Shown piece by piece: positions 24,633-38,414 of a stretch of DNA of 64,000 nucleotides. The position numbers and the translations under genes are program-made. Source of the DNA: Utricularia gibba (taxonomy: Eukaryota > Plantae > Magnoliophyta); NCBI GenBank assembly GCA_002189035.1, contig NEEC01000018.1, positions 1,054,001-1,118,000 on the forward strand, written 5' to 3'. The number at the start of each line of letters is the position of its first letter. The first letter of the stretch is position 1. The notes beneath the pieces were generated by a model. That model was given only the letters and a program-made list of their open reading frames with translations, had not been told where the DNA came from and searched no databases.

Positions 24633-27223
24633 GGTGAAGGGCCAACAACGATTCGCAATTATCTTGATTGCGTTGGGGCTTTGAATCAATACCCAGATCG
24701 AGAAGCCAGCCTTTTCTTTCCAGTATCACAATCTGATCCGGATGATTCCAGCGAAACCAAGAAAAAAAGTTTATTTTCTTCCGAAAACCAGTTTCTGTCT
24801 CCGGAAAATGGATGAGAAACAGAGGAATAAAAGTGGGTTGTTCCAGATACACAGCTCTGGGGAAAGATTTCAGTCAAAATGATGAGCAAAATGTTCCTTT
24901 TACAAGAACTCCTCCTAACCAATACCAAACTGAACTGGGTTTTTGTTCAACAACACAAACAACGACCAAATCCGATTAATTCCCGCAAACCAAAATCACA
25001 AATTCTCAAAACTCGACAAACTCCTTCCCCCAAGACAACGGAAATCCAGAAAGCCGGAGAGAATAAACACTCCAAAAAAACAAAAAGGAGCAACGAATGG
25101 TGTTGTGTTATAAATTCGTTTGCCCAGAATATCCAGAGAAAAGAGGGGGGGAAAGTATGATGTTCCTTCCGGCCAGTATTAGATGCTGAAATGAAATGAG
25201 GAAAAAAGAAAATGCTTCGATTCAATCAAAGCAAAAACGTGTCGACGAAAGTTCAACTCTTTGTCCGTTGCTCGCACGACCCGTCTTTTAGGATCGGAAT
25301 CCATCGCCCCGCGGGTTTGTCTACTCAGTATTTACTGCCCCCCTACGCACACAGTTTGACGTTTTGACAAACGTTAAAAAAGACTCGATCTTGTAATAGG
25401 GAATGCAAATCCCGTATCAAAAATTAAAAAAAATCACATCTTTGACTTTTGAATCCATTACCCGACGCCCACTTTTGCTCATTGAAAGTTCCCACACCCC
25501 GAGAAGGGGAAGTTGGTTCGTCCCGTTTTAAAAGCTTCCTTTTTTTAGTTTAGTCGAGTGCATAATTTTCACAATTCCGGCCCTGCATTTCATTTTGCAC
25601 CATTTTTGAAAGGGGAAAACAATGAATCCGAATTGCATCACCATCTTCTCTTCATTCACTTATACTATGATTTTATTCGTTTTAAATATTTAATTTTTAT
25701 AAGTTTACTATCATACAAAGTTTAGATGATTATTTCATTTGAACAAGTCAAATATGGTAATTTCAAGATGGGGTAACCTATCAAAGATAAAAAAAAATAT
25801 AAAACTTTGAAGTTTGAGTGCTCGAAGTATATAATATCATATAATAAAATGACGTTATAATGATTTAAAATTATTTATATAAAATATGAATATAATTAAT
25901 AATCATCGGAATACTTTTCTCAACATCTAATAGAATTAGAACGATTCTTAAAATAAGTCAAATAAAACGAAATTCAGTAGATTATTTTTTTCTTTTCAAT
26001 AACGAAATTGAGTGGATGTTTCAAATGTAGAATTCAATTTTCTTTCTCATGATCTTTATTGGATGAAATTTCATAAATAATAAAAATGAAAAATCAATTA
26101 CGAAAATGAATGGTGCTTTCTTGTTTGGCAAATAATGATTTTTTTTCATTTTTATTATATTTATTTATATGGGGTTGTGTAGTGTACTAGCTTATCCTAC
26201 ATTGAGGATAGATGCCCTAGTCACATTGGACAGGAATGGATTAGCTTATGTGGGGCCTGGGCCGTGGGGGCGCGTTGGTCCAATAGGAAATTTAGAGAAT
26301 AAAAAATTAGATAAAAGAAAAAACATCGTGTCAACCGCGCGGCGGCTTGGCATCTGGTGGTAATGGAATGGGCCACATGTCAACTATCCGACCGTCATTT
26401 ATGAAAATAATCAATCAATATTTTATATATTAATAAAAAATTAATAACCATAATGATCAATTTTATTACAGCTATGTGATGAGGTGGCTATTTTTATAAT
26501 TTTCCCGTACTTTCTTGATTTTGAAATTATTTGGACAATTTTTTTTCTTGAGGATTTAATTTCGTGAAATAATATATCTATAATTTCGATTCTATACATT
26601 TCATATTTCTATATTTTTTTAATCAATATACTTTAAATATATTCTTCAAAAAATTATGGACCACTTGTACAAATAACTTATGATTTAAACGATTTAATCA
26701 CGATTAATCATTTGTGAAAATTTTTAATATTTTTATTATGAATAACATCAAATTATGATTAAATTATAATAAGATTCTGATTTTTTTTTATTTTAAAACG
26801 ATTCAAATTTAATTCAATAACTATCACGAACATTTTACTAATTCAAAATAATTCAACAATGATTTTCAAAACGTGGATTACATTATACATAAATTTTTGC
26901 ATAACATTTTTTTTAAAGTCGGGATTGGGCTCAATTTGGATTTTGGGCAAACCCAAGCTCCACTGAAGGGAGCAATTCCCTGGATTCAGAAGCAATATAA
27001 ACAACAAGGCCTAAGGTGGAATCCAGCTCACTTCATTAAGAACATGCTGCAGCAGCTATTGAGATCAAGATGAAATATTATTCTTGAATGTTGAATCTGG
27101 AAATACCACTACAACATCAACAGAATCCCATGATCACAACCAGTTTTAAGGGGGAATCACAGAGGCAAACCAGTTGCATGAAGCTTAAGCAATGCAAGGA
27201 TCTGAGACATATTCTTACATAAA

Positions 27224-27926
27224 TCAGTCATGCAGTGTTCCTAGGATGTCATGTTCCTGGTAGAGATGGTACCTGAAAAAGAAAACCAAGTGGTAGTAAT
27301 GAATCAAAAAAGGTTTCAGAAGGCAAAAAAAAGAGTCAGCAATCACTTCGAAACTTGAGCAATAATGGATAAAGAAGAGATACTAGGAAACAAAAAATGT
27401 TTCTGCAAAGGGAAGACGAACATCAACATGTTAAACCAACTGAGAAGTCTCCTTACCCTTTTTCACCAAGCTTTATCTCAGTGCCTCCATATTCAGGCAG
27501 CAAAACGGTATCTCCTTCCTTCACACTCACGGGAATCAGCTTGCCTTCCGGGTTACGGGAGCCCAGCCCAACCGCAACAACTTTTCCGGAATTCATCTGA
27601 AAAATTACGTCTTAAGTTTCTAGAGAAAGGGACGAAAAAAAGCAGAAGTCTTTGTCCTTATAAAAATTCACTAAATACCAAATTTCACTCACTTCTTAAC
27701 ATTGTTAATTGAAACTTTCAGGCCAAACCCATCTAAAAAGGAATGAAATGTGCCAGTAAAACAACCAAGCCACAATCTTGAAACCAGGAAGGAAATACGG
27801 AAATTCTTTAGAAAACAGCACCTTACTCGTCTTTTCGGGCAGGAGAATCCCAGCTGCAGTTCTTGAAGGAGTAGTGATTTTTTCGACCAAAATGCGATCA
27901 AAAAGTGGGATTAAACGCTTCGCCAT
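27224..27926 (-). CDS. CPN10: Mitochondrial 10-kDa chaperonin, 3 exons (27822-27926, 27457-27596, 27224-27272), 97 aa
   Basis: [17 protein letters not shown]...AGILLPEK...GKVVAVG...[38 protein letters not shown]. Confidence 0.96.
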
Positions 27927-28274
27927 TTTCTTCTTCCAAGAGACCGCTGAAGAGGTATTAGGGTTTTTGAGAGGTTTTAGAATTTCGATTCGATTGCCAC
28001 TCGTATTCATTAATGGGCTTTGATATGTAATCACACTGGGCCTAACAGAAAATACCCGGGCCTTTAACACTCACGTAATTGGGCCAGAGAATATTTATTT
28101 TATTTTTAATTAGAAGAAGAAGACCTCGGGTTGGGAATGGTGCCATGGTGGTTGGGACCTCGGTTGGCGGAAAACCCAGAAAGCGGATGTGGCTTTGACA
28201 TCGTTGACTAATTTGGGTGAATTTTTACTGAAGGGGTGAACCGGTATCCGAGAAGATTGTTTGTCTTTGAAGCA
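27927..28274. promoter_or_regulatory. Bidirectional promoter (348 bp ATG to ATG) with three site II elements and a telo-box
   Basis: TAGGGTTT 27959-27966 (AAACCCTA on the CPN10 strand), TGGGCT 28014-28019, TGGGCC 28037-28042 and 28080-28085. Confidence 0.6.
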
Positions 28275-30106
28275 ATGGCGATTCAGAAGCTTCATCAGAG
28301 GGCCAGGCCGGCGAACCTTATATCTTCGATCTTCGTTCTTGTAGCAATCGCTGCTTGCATTGTTTTTATGTACCTTGCTTCGTCCCTAGTTTCAATGAAC
28401 TCGCTCTCCTTTTCTGCTTCTTCCACCGTACATAAATTTGTTTTCGGCCGGTGGAGTAACGATAAGTATTTGTACTGGGGTGGGAGGATTGATTGCCCCG
28501 GAAAGCATTGCGACGCTTGTGAGGGATTAGGGCACCAAGAGTCCAGCCTGAGATGTGCACTTGAAGAAGCAATGGTTTTGGGAAGGTACAAATGCTTCAC
28601 TTGCCTTGATACTGGAGAGAGATTCTTTGTTTTTCTGCAATGTGGGTTTATGTGATGTTCATTTTGGGAAATTGGAGAAAATAGCTCTGTTGAATTATAT
28701 GAACATTTTATATCGGTCCATGGTGAAAGTTTTTTTTCATTGTTTCTGGCTGCAGGACATTTGTGATGCCATCCAGTATGTGTATAAATCCAATTCATAA
28801 TAAGAAAGGGATTCTTGATAAGTCCAGGAAGGTGGATTCAGAGGACAGGTAGTTTTTTCTTGGAGATTAAAATGGTGTCCCTGGTTGCACTTTGGTTTTC
28901 TAGGGTTCATTTACAGCAAGATATAAAAGATTACAGTTTACCATCCTATCAGATTATGCGTTTTGACATCTTTCTCCATAGTTTGCTTTGATAAATTGAC
29001 CTTGATGATTCTTTTGAATATACAAGTTTATGCTTGCCAGTTGGATGGACAACTTTTGTTCGATGAGTTCTCTGTATGATCTGAATCTGATATCAAACAC
29101 CGTACCTGTGATTCTGGATAACTCAGAAGTATGGCATCAGATCCTTACTAGAAGCTTGAGATTGGGGCCTAGGGGCATAGCACATGTGCAAGGAGTTAGT
29201 CGAGTTGATCTCCAAGAGAGTGCTATGTACTCAAACATTCTACTGATAAATCGAACTGCAAGTCCTTTAGCATGGTACGTGGACTGTTCTGTCTTTTGGA
29301 TCTGCATTCCCATCCTTCATATGCAAATGGTGATTTGGCTGATACAAGTTCTTTAATTATTCAGGTTCATGGAGTGCAAGGATCGGAACAACCGAAGTTC
29401 TGTAATGTTGCCTCACTCATTTCTTCCATCGATGGCAGCAAAGAAACTCCGTGATGCTGCTGATAAGGTGATCCCCAACTTTTTTTGTTTGACTGAATAG
29501 GGAATTTACAAAGTTCCTTTCTTTTGTATCATGTGCATGACAAGTTCTTTGATATAGATTAAGTCACTTCTTGGAGATTATGATGCCATCCATGTTCGAA
29601 GAGGTGATATACTGAAAACCAGGAAGGACCGGTTCGGTGTTGAACGAACTCTGCATCCTCATCTTGACCGAGACACACGACCTGAGTTCATCCTTTGTCG
29701 GATTTCAAAATGGATTGCACCTGGTCGCACCATTTTCATTGCATCCAATGAGAGGACACCTGACTTCTTTGCTCCGTTGGCTGTCCGGTAAATCCCGTTT
29801 CATTGCATCCTTCTAGCATCATAGGTTTCATGTATGAAGAGCAATAAGAAACGCAAGGCTCATGTATTGCTCTTGATCTGCAGGTATAAACTGGCATATT
29901 CTTCAAACTATAGCTCTTTTCTACATCTGTTGATCGAAAACAACTACCAACTGTTCATGCTCGAGAGGCTTGTATTGAATGGTGCAAAAGCATTCATCAA
30001 GACATACAAAGAAGCTGAATCTGATCTCAGCCTCACAGATGATCCCAAGAAGAACACAAAAAACTGGGAAATACCTGTTTATACGAAAGAAGGAACTGAA
30101 TGCTGA
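28275..30106 (+). CDS. O-fucosyltransferase-family type II membrane protein, 6 exons
   Basis: N-terminal TM helix, then YWGGRIDCPGKHCDACEGLGHQESSLRCALEEA, INRTASPLAWFMECKDR, GDYDAIHVRRGD and LTDDPKKNTKNWEIPVYT. All splice phases are consistent. Confidence 0.9.
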
Positions 30107-30584
30107 CATGCTCTATGTTGTTGGCCACAGCTTTTTTTCTTAGGGAGTCCATCCAGAGCAAGCCATTCATGTACCAAGATTTTGGTGCTTTTGATGCAAG
30201 AGCGATGTGCTTGGTCATGAATAGAAGCCCGCAGTTGGTGCATGTTGCACATTTGTAGGAACAAAAAAAAAAAAGTTATCTAAGTAAACACCATCGTTTT
30301 ACACTCATTGTGTTTGCTTGATTCACCGAAATTTGTTCATGTTCTTTATTTGCAATGAGAACTAGAATTCCAGAACTGCATATCTAAACAATCAACATGT
30401 ACAAGTCTGTAACATTGGTCACATGGAGCTAATTCAGACCAAGAAAGAAATCCATAGTAAAAAAACAAAAATCACATCTGTTGTGTTCCATCTATACGTT
30501 TCGACATAATCAATTAAAATACATCCGCGGCTCCACAGGAAAAAAGGGTAACAAGCGTCACAGTCATCATTCCATCTTACTTGG

Positions 30585-32566
30585 TCAATGTGCTTGCGAC
30601 TCAAGGAGGATGTTTGTGGCTGCATTAACATCATTCCTCGCACGTATCAATGCTTGCCTTGCCGCATTTCTATCGAATCCCATTGCAACAAGCGTTGCAA
30701 TGGATTCTTCATGTGGCTCCAGTGTCATCATTTGTGCAGGAACTGGATAGTTTGCCTGATCCCAAAAGTTTAATCAGCAAGCACAAGGGTCGACAAAGAA
30801 GTTGAAGAAAGAATTGCTATTTCCAATCAGTTACCTCTGAATTGCGGCTATTGAAGGATAGAACATTTCCACCGCCATTCCTAGACGATCTGGTAGGTGA
30901 TCTATCGTTTCCCGTAGTTGACCAAGACAGTCTTGAGAAGAATGATGCAACAAAATCAGGAAACTGAAACAGCAAGGAGAATCGATTAGTACAGCAAATG
31001 CACATCAACTTGAGAGTATATTTAATGGGGTCCTCGGTGCAACCTTTATTCTACGTATATGGAAGACATTCAGGCGATATAGAGACCCCGCCAGAATACC
31101 ACAAATCCCAAGCAGCATGGATCTTTTCCAGGATGACAAGAGCAACTACAATAAGGAATTCAAAGATATCAAACAAAAAAGAAAAGAGGTTACAAAATGA
31201 AGAGCAAAATTGAGTCCCATTCATTCATGACTCATGTTCAATGATGATGAGCTACATGGATTACCTGAAGACCCGCTAGGTATATAAAGGTCTTGTCAGA
31301 GAATTTGATGCTAAACACACGAAACCGCGTTGAAATGGGAATGTCAAAATAGAAGGGCACAAATAAAGAGAATATAAGCCCATACGGTCCAGAAGTTAAT
31401 ATTTGCAAAGCAGGGTCTGCAATAACATTCAGGCACCATAAGTCACAGAAAGTTTATGTAAAGGAGCGCGTTTTCACAAAGAAATGAGTTTCATGAAAAA
31501 AAAAAAATCAAATCAAAATTAATAAATAAAATAAATGGATTTGTCGTAAAATATAAAGGCAGGTTGCTCGAAGAATGTCAAAGTCTGACAGGACTATATT
31601 ATATGGCAGTTATAGAGCAGACCATATGAGAAAGTAAATAAGCCACATTGGTAAAAGTAACCACCCCACCTTTAAGCAGCCAAAGTGCAAGAGCATGAAT
31701 TGCAGAAGAGATCATGCCAGAGAACATGATAAACACCTGAAAAAAAAAAGGAAAAACAACCAAAGTAATTCTTCTGTGATTCCTTATTTTAGTGTCGATG
31801 TGAACTTAAATGAAGCACCAAAAAACAACAAGGTGAACCCACATCATCGGCTGACATAAAATATCTCAAGTGCAAATACTCAAACAACAAACTCTATTTC
31901 GTTTCTTGCCATCAATGATCCCAGTAGCAACGGTTCCTTACTGCATACTATCCAAAAAATCAGAACACAAGAAATCACATTTTCGAGAACTTACCATGTA
32001 TTTGTTGGAACCTATTTGCCTCTCAAACACCCGGAAGTAGTAGAGAAGATATGCGCCAAAAATGAGTTCTGGGGTTGATGAAAACCCAAAAGCCGAACAT
32101 ATCAGCTTCCATATTTGAAGTTTCTGAAAGATATCCTGTAATAAAGAAAAAAGTGGCCTTTTTTATACTTCCGGGGGAAAGTCAAATAAAATGGAAAGAT
32201 CCTCAATTTAATACGCCCAGGAAATGCCAATGGAAACTCAGTTCAAACTCAATGAAAAGAAACAGAATCATCAATGCAAGTCAGAAAGACACCAGGAACA
32301 ACCCTTAGAACTTCAATCAAAAAGGGGCTTAACGAAATATTGAACCTGATAAGAAAAAACAATCTTCTTGGTTCGACCTTGGATCCCTAACAAAATTGTA
32401 AAAAGAGCACATGCTATCACGACTATCCTTGTTACCGGAGCATTGCCTGCAATACGCACATCCTCACAATAAACTCACACAGAACAATAAAGACAGAGAG
32501 AGGGATCGGAAAAGGGAACAAGAAGAGGCAAAAAGGCGTACTGAAGCCAGATGGGCCACCGTTCAT
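30585..32566 (-). CDS. UBAC2: UBA-domain rhomboid-like protein 20 / UBAC2 homologue, about 8 exons
   Basis: [57 protein letters not shown], and C-terminal [38 protein letters not shown]. Confidence 0.93.
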
Positions 32567-33999
32567 CTTCCTGGATAAGCTACTTCTACTTTCAAATTAT
32601 GGTGATCTACACAACTAAGGATTAAGGATTCAGAATTCACCACCAGAAATCTCAAAGAAAGAAGCTGAATCCTGCAATTCGCAAATCAATTCTCGATTTC
32701 CTGCGTCCAGGTCAACCTTTTCGTTTCGTTCCCGCTTCCCCTAAAGGGCACGGCGTTTTTTATGGAAAACGGGTTCGGGTTGACCCATTTGTGGTTACCG
32801 AGGGGTCTATTTCGAAGCCTTACCGCAACTTTGTGGTGCATTTTTTATTTAACAGAACGTTGAGGGACTCATTTATCAATTATATAAAAGTTTGTGCATC
32901 AATAATAATTAATTAGGTATCATTTTTTAAAATTGTGATTCATATTTATTATTATATTCATTCAATTTATCAAATTTGTATCTCAACATAGTATTAGAGT
33001 ATTTGTATTAAATTACGATTTGTGTAGGCAAAATCAATATCATGTTAATATATGTTTTATTTAAAAAAATAAGAAGGTACATTAAACTTAAATAACAAAA
33101 ATTAAGTTGTACTAGAATCCAAATATTGTGGTTTAAAATTTGATTAAGATTGATATTAATTGATTTTTAAGAGTATGATTGATAGAAAATATAAAAGAAG
33201 ATAATTAAATAAAAAAAGTAAAATATGATATTTGGTAGAATAAATTATACTCCAAATAATTTATCCCATGAATATGGAATAAAAAAATAGAAGAAGAATG
33301 ATTGAGATAAAATTATCTGATCATATACTTTTCTTATCTCAAATAAAAATTATTTCACATATAATTTATTCATGTACCAAATGCACTCTAATGATAAATT
33401 GATAGTTGGATGATTTATTTGGATCACGTTCTGATTTTGGTTATCTAGAAAGCAAGAAAAATAGATGAAGATTTTTATATAGAAACTATTATGATAAAAA
33501 ATCACGAAGCTGTGAAACTTAATAGAGAATATAGATTTCACTAAAAGAAATAGATGATATTAAAAAGAGTGTTAAGGACACAAAATCCATCTTCTTCATA
33601 TTTGGACTCCTATTTATAAAGAATTACTACCCGATTGATTCTAGAAGGATCAGCTGTTTTTTGCACCTGACAAAATATGTGTGATTTTATTTGAGGTTTT
33701 GTTGACATATAATTGTTACCTACTTTAAATTTCTATAGGTCGACTGCTTTTCATACTATCTTAGAGCAGATGAAATATGACACTCTCATTTTCATGTTCT
33801 CTTCAGGTATATGTATACCTTATCAATTATCTTGTTATGAATTGTAATTGTAGGTTAATTTACAATCCGTAAGTCGATCTTTTGTTTCTATTTCATTTAT
33901 CACACAAATTAAGTCTGTGTGCTAATTTATATCCCATAGCCAATTCCTGAAGACTCCCTTCACATGGAGCCTATACCAAAATAAAATAAAAAAAAGATA

Positions 34000-35102
34000 C
34001 GGTTGATGGCATCGAGCAACGGGGTTGGTGGTTCCTCTCTATAGAGGGGAACACTTCCTTCCCTATGCACGAGATGAAAATATCTCAAGAGCTTTTAGCC
34101 TTTTGTGTGTGTTTTGAGTTAGTTTTTCGTTTTCTGAGGGTAGAATAAGGAAAGGAGAAAGATAGTATTCTTTCCTATTCGTGTTTCTCACCCGCTAGAA
34201 TTTTCGAGGAGAGGGTAAAACCCATGGTTTATCAGGGTAAATTTCTTTGTATTCACTGTAATAAATAGTGAATTTTGTTGGAGTTGTGTATGGACGTAGC
34301 CCTTATTTTAGGATGAACCATGTTAAATCTTGGTGTCTATTTTTCTTGATCTTTGTGGTCAAATGTATTGTTTGATATTGACTGCGCACGGGTGCGTTGG
34401 GTATATAGCCCTCTGCAAAATAAATGTTTTCCAAATAGCCCTCTTTTGTAATTCTTCGTAAAAAATTCATGTTTTTATTAAAATAAATAGTTTTATTCAA
34501 TATGTATTTAATTTAATACATAAAAATAGTATTTCATAAATATAATCTGTAAATACAAGTATTTTTATTTGATAAAAAAATTATTTTAAACTATAACTTT
34601 TTATTAAATATAAATAAAAATTATGTATGATTAACTAAATAAGAAAATGAGCTATCATAAACTTCATAATACATACCCAACGATGTGAGTTTAGAACTCT
34701 TATGCATATGACTTAAATAAGTCATATAATTAATAATATTATATTTTTTAAAAAATAAATAATTATTTATAAGACCATAAATTATATTTTACATTTAATG
34801 TATAACAAAATTATTTGATAAAAACTTATTTATTAAATATATTTTTATTATAAAATCTCACATTATCAAAATAAACCCTAATATATTAGATTAAATATTA
34901 ATTTAGTTGATAATTTATCATATTATGAAAACATCACAATAATATTAATTAAAAATTTATTTTATGAAAAGTAAAGTAGAGCTATTTAGCTAACAAATAC
35001 ACAAAATAGGGCCAGTTTGACAATGATCACAAAACAGAGCTATTTAACTAACTAAATTTTAAAACATGGTTATTTTGCTAAAAAACCCGACTGCGCACAA
35101 CA
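34000..35102 (+). mobile_element. Copia-like LTR remnant interrupted by a MULE-type insertion
   Basis: TATA-like ctctatagaggg near 34036 and an LTR-type U5 segment tggacgtagccc...gatgaaccatgttaaatcttggtgtc. Removing the insertion restores the end ...gactgcgcacaaca (CA at 35101-35102). The 5' boundary and TSD were not found. Confidence 0.5.
34390..35088. mobile_element. Non-autonomous Mutator-like (MULE/MITE) element, 699 bp
   Basis: Flanked by the exact 10-bp direct repeat gactgcgcac (34380-34389 and 35089-35098). Ends are GGGT...ACCC. Degenerate TIRs share gcaaaataa..atgtttt and aaatagc.ct. The interior is AT-rich and non-coding. Confidence 0.75.
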
Positions 35103-35635
35103 CCTTCTAATTCGTTAGGTTGCTAATTTATTGTTCACATCAGCTCTCTCAATTTTTCTCCAGAGTTCTATGACTTGGAACTCTTTTATATTTTGTCTTC
35201 TTTATGATACATACTAATTTTCAATAATATCATTCAATCCCTTTGATCTTTTAAGATTAGTATCTGTGCTAAATCGGTGGATCAAACAATTTGGGTAGTG
35301 CTTTCACTTTGTATCGATTTGATTCAGTTATTTTTGAGCAGTTATTTCTCACACCGTTTTGTCATCCAAAATATGCCTCTATAAATACCTTGATTTACCC
35401 TTCATTTTCACCCTTTTGAACTTCACTGGTCACCATAATCATCTATGCTTTATGAGATTCACCATTCATGTCATACTAGAAACTTAAAATTTGTCAAATA
35501 TTCCTTTGTTCCTAAACTTTGTTTATACGATTTCTAAGAATTTTTTTGTGATTTTCTGAGTTTGATTCATTCATTTTCCTTTCTTTTTTATTTTTAGGGT
35601 TTCCATTTCATTACTAAGTTTCTTGTCTTACGAAC

Positions 35636-36824
35636 TGATAAGTGATTTTGTGTCACTTATATTTGTGCTTTTTAGTACTCTTTTAGATGAGTTTTGTATT
35701 CTTTTTATCCCACTTTCCTTATGTTTTTAGAAGAATTTTATATCTTTCATACCACTTTGATCTTTTTGGAGGGAAAGTGTATTTTGTGATTTTTCAGGAC
35801 GAAGTTGGAATAATTTGAAGGATTTTCTAGCTATTTTGATGGAGGCTAAGATTTGGTCTATCCGGATGAAGACTCGGTCAAAAATTCTCGTATAAGATAA
35901 GATTCGCATCTTATCTTGGAGAAATTGGATCTCATCTTAAAAGATTTGTATCAAATCTTCAAAGATTCGGATAGAAGATTTGATGCAAGACCATCAAGAA
36001 AGCCCGACAAATCCCCATCATTATATAAAGATTCAAACACGAAGACTTAAAAGAGTCAAGTGGTGGACAACCACAGAGTTAAATTAGGGTTTAGAGTCGA
36101 GTCTAGCATGTTTTGGATGTCTTCCCTTTCGTTTTTCATCAACTTTTGTTGTTTAGAGTCAAGCATGCGTGTGTGAGCGCTTGCGGCTGAAGATCTGCTG
36201 TGAAGCCTTGATTGCACAAGTTCTGCGCGTGTGACTGTATTACCATGTTTTTCACCATTTAATTTGAGTTATGATTCTGTTTTTCGCAACGTTTTCTTTA
36301 CCAACGTGATTTTTAGTACCATATAGCCCTAAGAGAGTGTGGGAGAATCAAAGGTTGGCCTCAAGCATCTAAGGAGAAGGGCTCAATCGAACATCGTTGG
36401 TAAGGCACATTCTGTCTAATGTGTCTGTGAGGTGAGAGGTGTAGGGGTTAGATTTGGGTATGGGGAAAACATGGGTTATCACAAGAGGTGAAATGGATTT
36501 GGTGGCGTGGTTGATTCCATAATCTCACAAAACAAGGGACGGTGCTATAACGATCACCGAGTAGCACTATTTTAGCATAACACCCCCAAAGCTTGCGCAA
36601 GCAGGTCAGTTCTCAAGGTTTGCATACACGAAAGGACGAGTTTCAAGTAAGGTGCATTTTAGATCCAATGTCACTTTTCTTATTGTCTTCAAAACCAAAT
36701 CTTTCTTTTGTTTTCGGTCTTTTTAAATCTTTGTTTAAAAAGAATATTCCAATAACAATTCCATGTGGATACGATCTTATTTTATTACTTCGACGGTTTC
36801 TGTGCACTTGCAGAATTACCATCA
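35636..36824 (+). mobile_element. Solo LTR of an Athila-like Ty3/gypsy retrotransposon, 1189 bp
   Basis: Starts TGATAAGTG and ends CCATCA (TGAT/ATCA inverted ends), with an exact 5-bp TSD CGAAC at 35631-35635 and 36825-36829. The 3' end ccatgtggatacgat...ttattacttcgac...gtgcacttgc is Athila-like. Confidence 0.85.
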
Positions 36825-37899
36825 CGAACCAATTGAACTATCCAAAAATGGTTTGAAAGTCTAGTTGGTTAGATGTTTCCGCTATCCACAATCGATACTT
36901 GATCTCTAATGAGTACATTATTGCAAAAACTTTTGATTTAAAGATTTTGTGAGGAGTGAGGGGTTGGCATCTTCCCTCATTTAACCTATCCATTCATATG
37001 ATCTATTTTGAAATCGACATCAAATTCCCTCTACATTCCTTGATAGTCCCATTTCTCCATATCTTTTTCATTCTATTTCATTGTTTGGCATTGAATCTCA
37101 TCTTCTGTTTTACAGCTTTTCTATTTTTCGAGTCTTGACTAAATCCTATCTGATGTAGGCCCGTCTAGTGAGGTGGGCCCTCAAGCTTCAAGCCCAAGGG
37201 CATGAAGTTAATTGTCTCCCTTCGCAACCGGGGAGGCGGCGTTTTTGGTTGAATTCAGGTTTTCTTCCCCTTGTTACCTTGACTCCAGACTCCGGCTGAG
37301 TGCGGGTTCGGTGCAAGGCCACCCTAAACTTGATTACTTGGTGTTTCAGGTTGGAGGTGGAGTTGATTTACGTACTACCTCGGCAACGTGGGGTCTTTAG
37401 TCTTGAAGTTGTGAAGGTCCGTTGACGTTGCGCAAGGGATCTTGGTTCTGCGTCGTTTTCTGTTTCTCTGTTTTACCCGTGTTCTTGTGGGCTGTATCGG
37501 CGACGCTACACACGTCGCTGAATATTCACGTTAGTGGAGTGTTGTTGTTTAAGAATCGGTTATTGCGAGTTCGATTTCAACCGTCCTGCTACATCACTAT
37601 CATTACCAGATTTTTTGCAAATCTTCAAAATCGTAGTTCATAAGGCTTAATCAATTACTAGTGATCTACAATTTTTTATATACTTGATCATTGCATTTTT
37701 AAATCATAATGTTGGATTGCTTGTTGTAATAAGATGCAGGTTGATGTCCTTAATATTACATTGATGAACAGTTCGAAGATTAAGGAAAACCGTTGAACAC
37801 ATACATTCTTTCTAGTTTTTAGTTCGTATGGTAATGTCCACAGATTTTATGTATAAACACATGATGAATTATATGTAAGATGGTTTTTCTGAGTTTGAA

Positions 37900-38414
37900 A
37901 CAACAAAACTTCTGAAAATGAGAATTATGGTGATGAGTTATCCTCAAGACTAATGTTGAAATATTAATGAAAGATTAAGTGAGATTGATGAATCTACTTG
38001 GTTCATGGGGATGGACAAAAGAACACTTTTCTAATTGATGTCACTATAAGCATTTTCTCTCATTCCAAGCCATAAAATGTGACTCATCTTTGAAATAAGC
38101 AATCAGATCATGTGACTGCTGCATACTTGTCAACATTCTTATAGCTGATGCGTAAGGAATTTGGCTACATAATAGAATAGGTGAGCTTATCTCAGAAGGA
38201 AAATTCGCGTGCCCATCTACATCAAAGAACAACCTTCCTTTACATAATATAAGGATTGAGTTGTAAACTCTACATGTGAAAGTTGAGTTGTGAGTGTGAC
38301 TTGTATTTGTAATTGATTTTTCTGAATCCATTCATCTTCGAGTAATGTTTTGCAATAATTTTTTCCTTTGGGGTTTTCACATAAAATTTGGTATTGTCTT
38401 TAGTTTGCATCAAC
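37900..38414. mobile_element. Degenerate retrotransposon remnant (probable Copia LTR tail)
   Basis: ggggttttcacataaaatttggtattgtc...caaca near 38370-38414 resembles a Copia LTR 3' end. No TSD was found. Confidence 0.3.

Noticed and set aside
38044-38331. ORF with IPYASAI resembling a Copia reverse-transcriptase motif
   Set aside because: The similarity is limited to about 15 residues and needs a frameshift, while the opposite strand looks like LTR sequence. Kept only as a low-confidence remnant.
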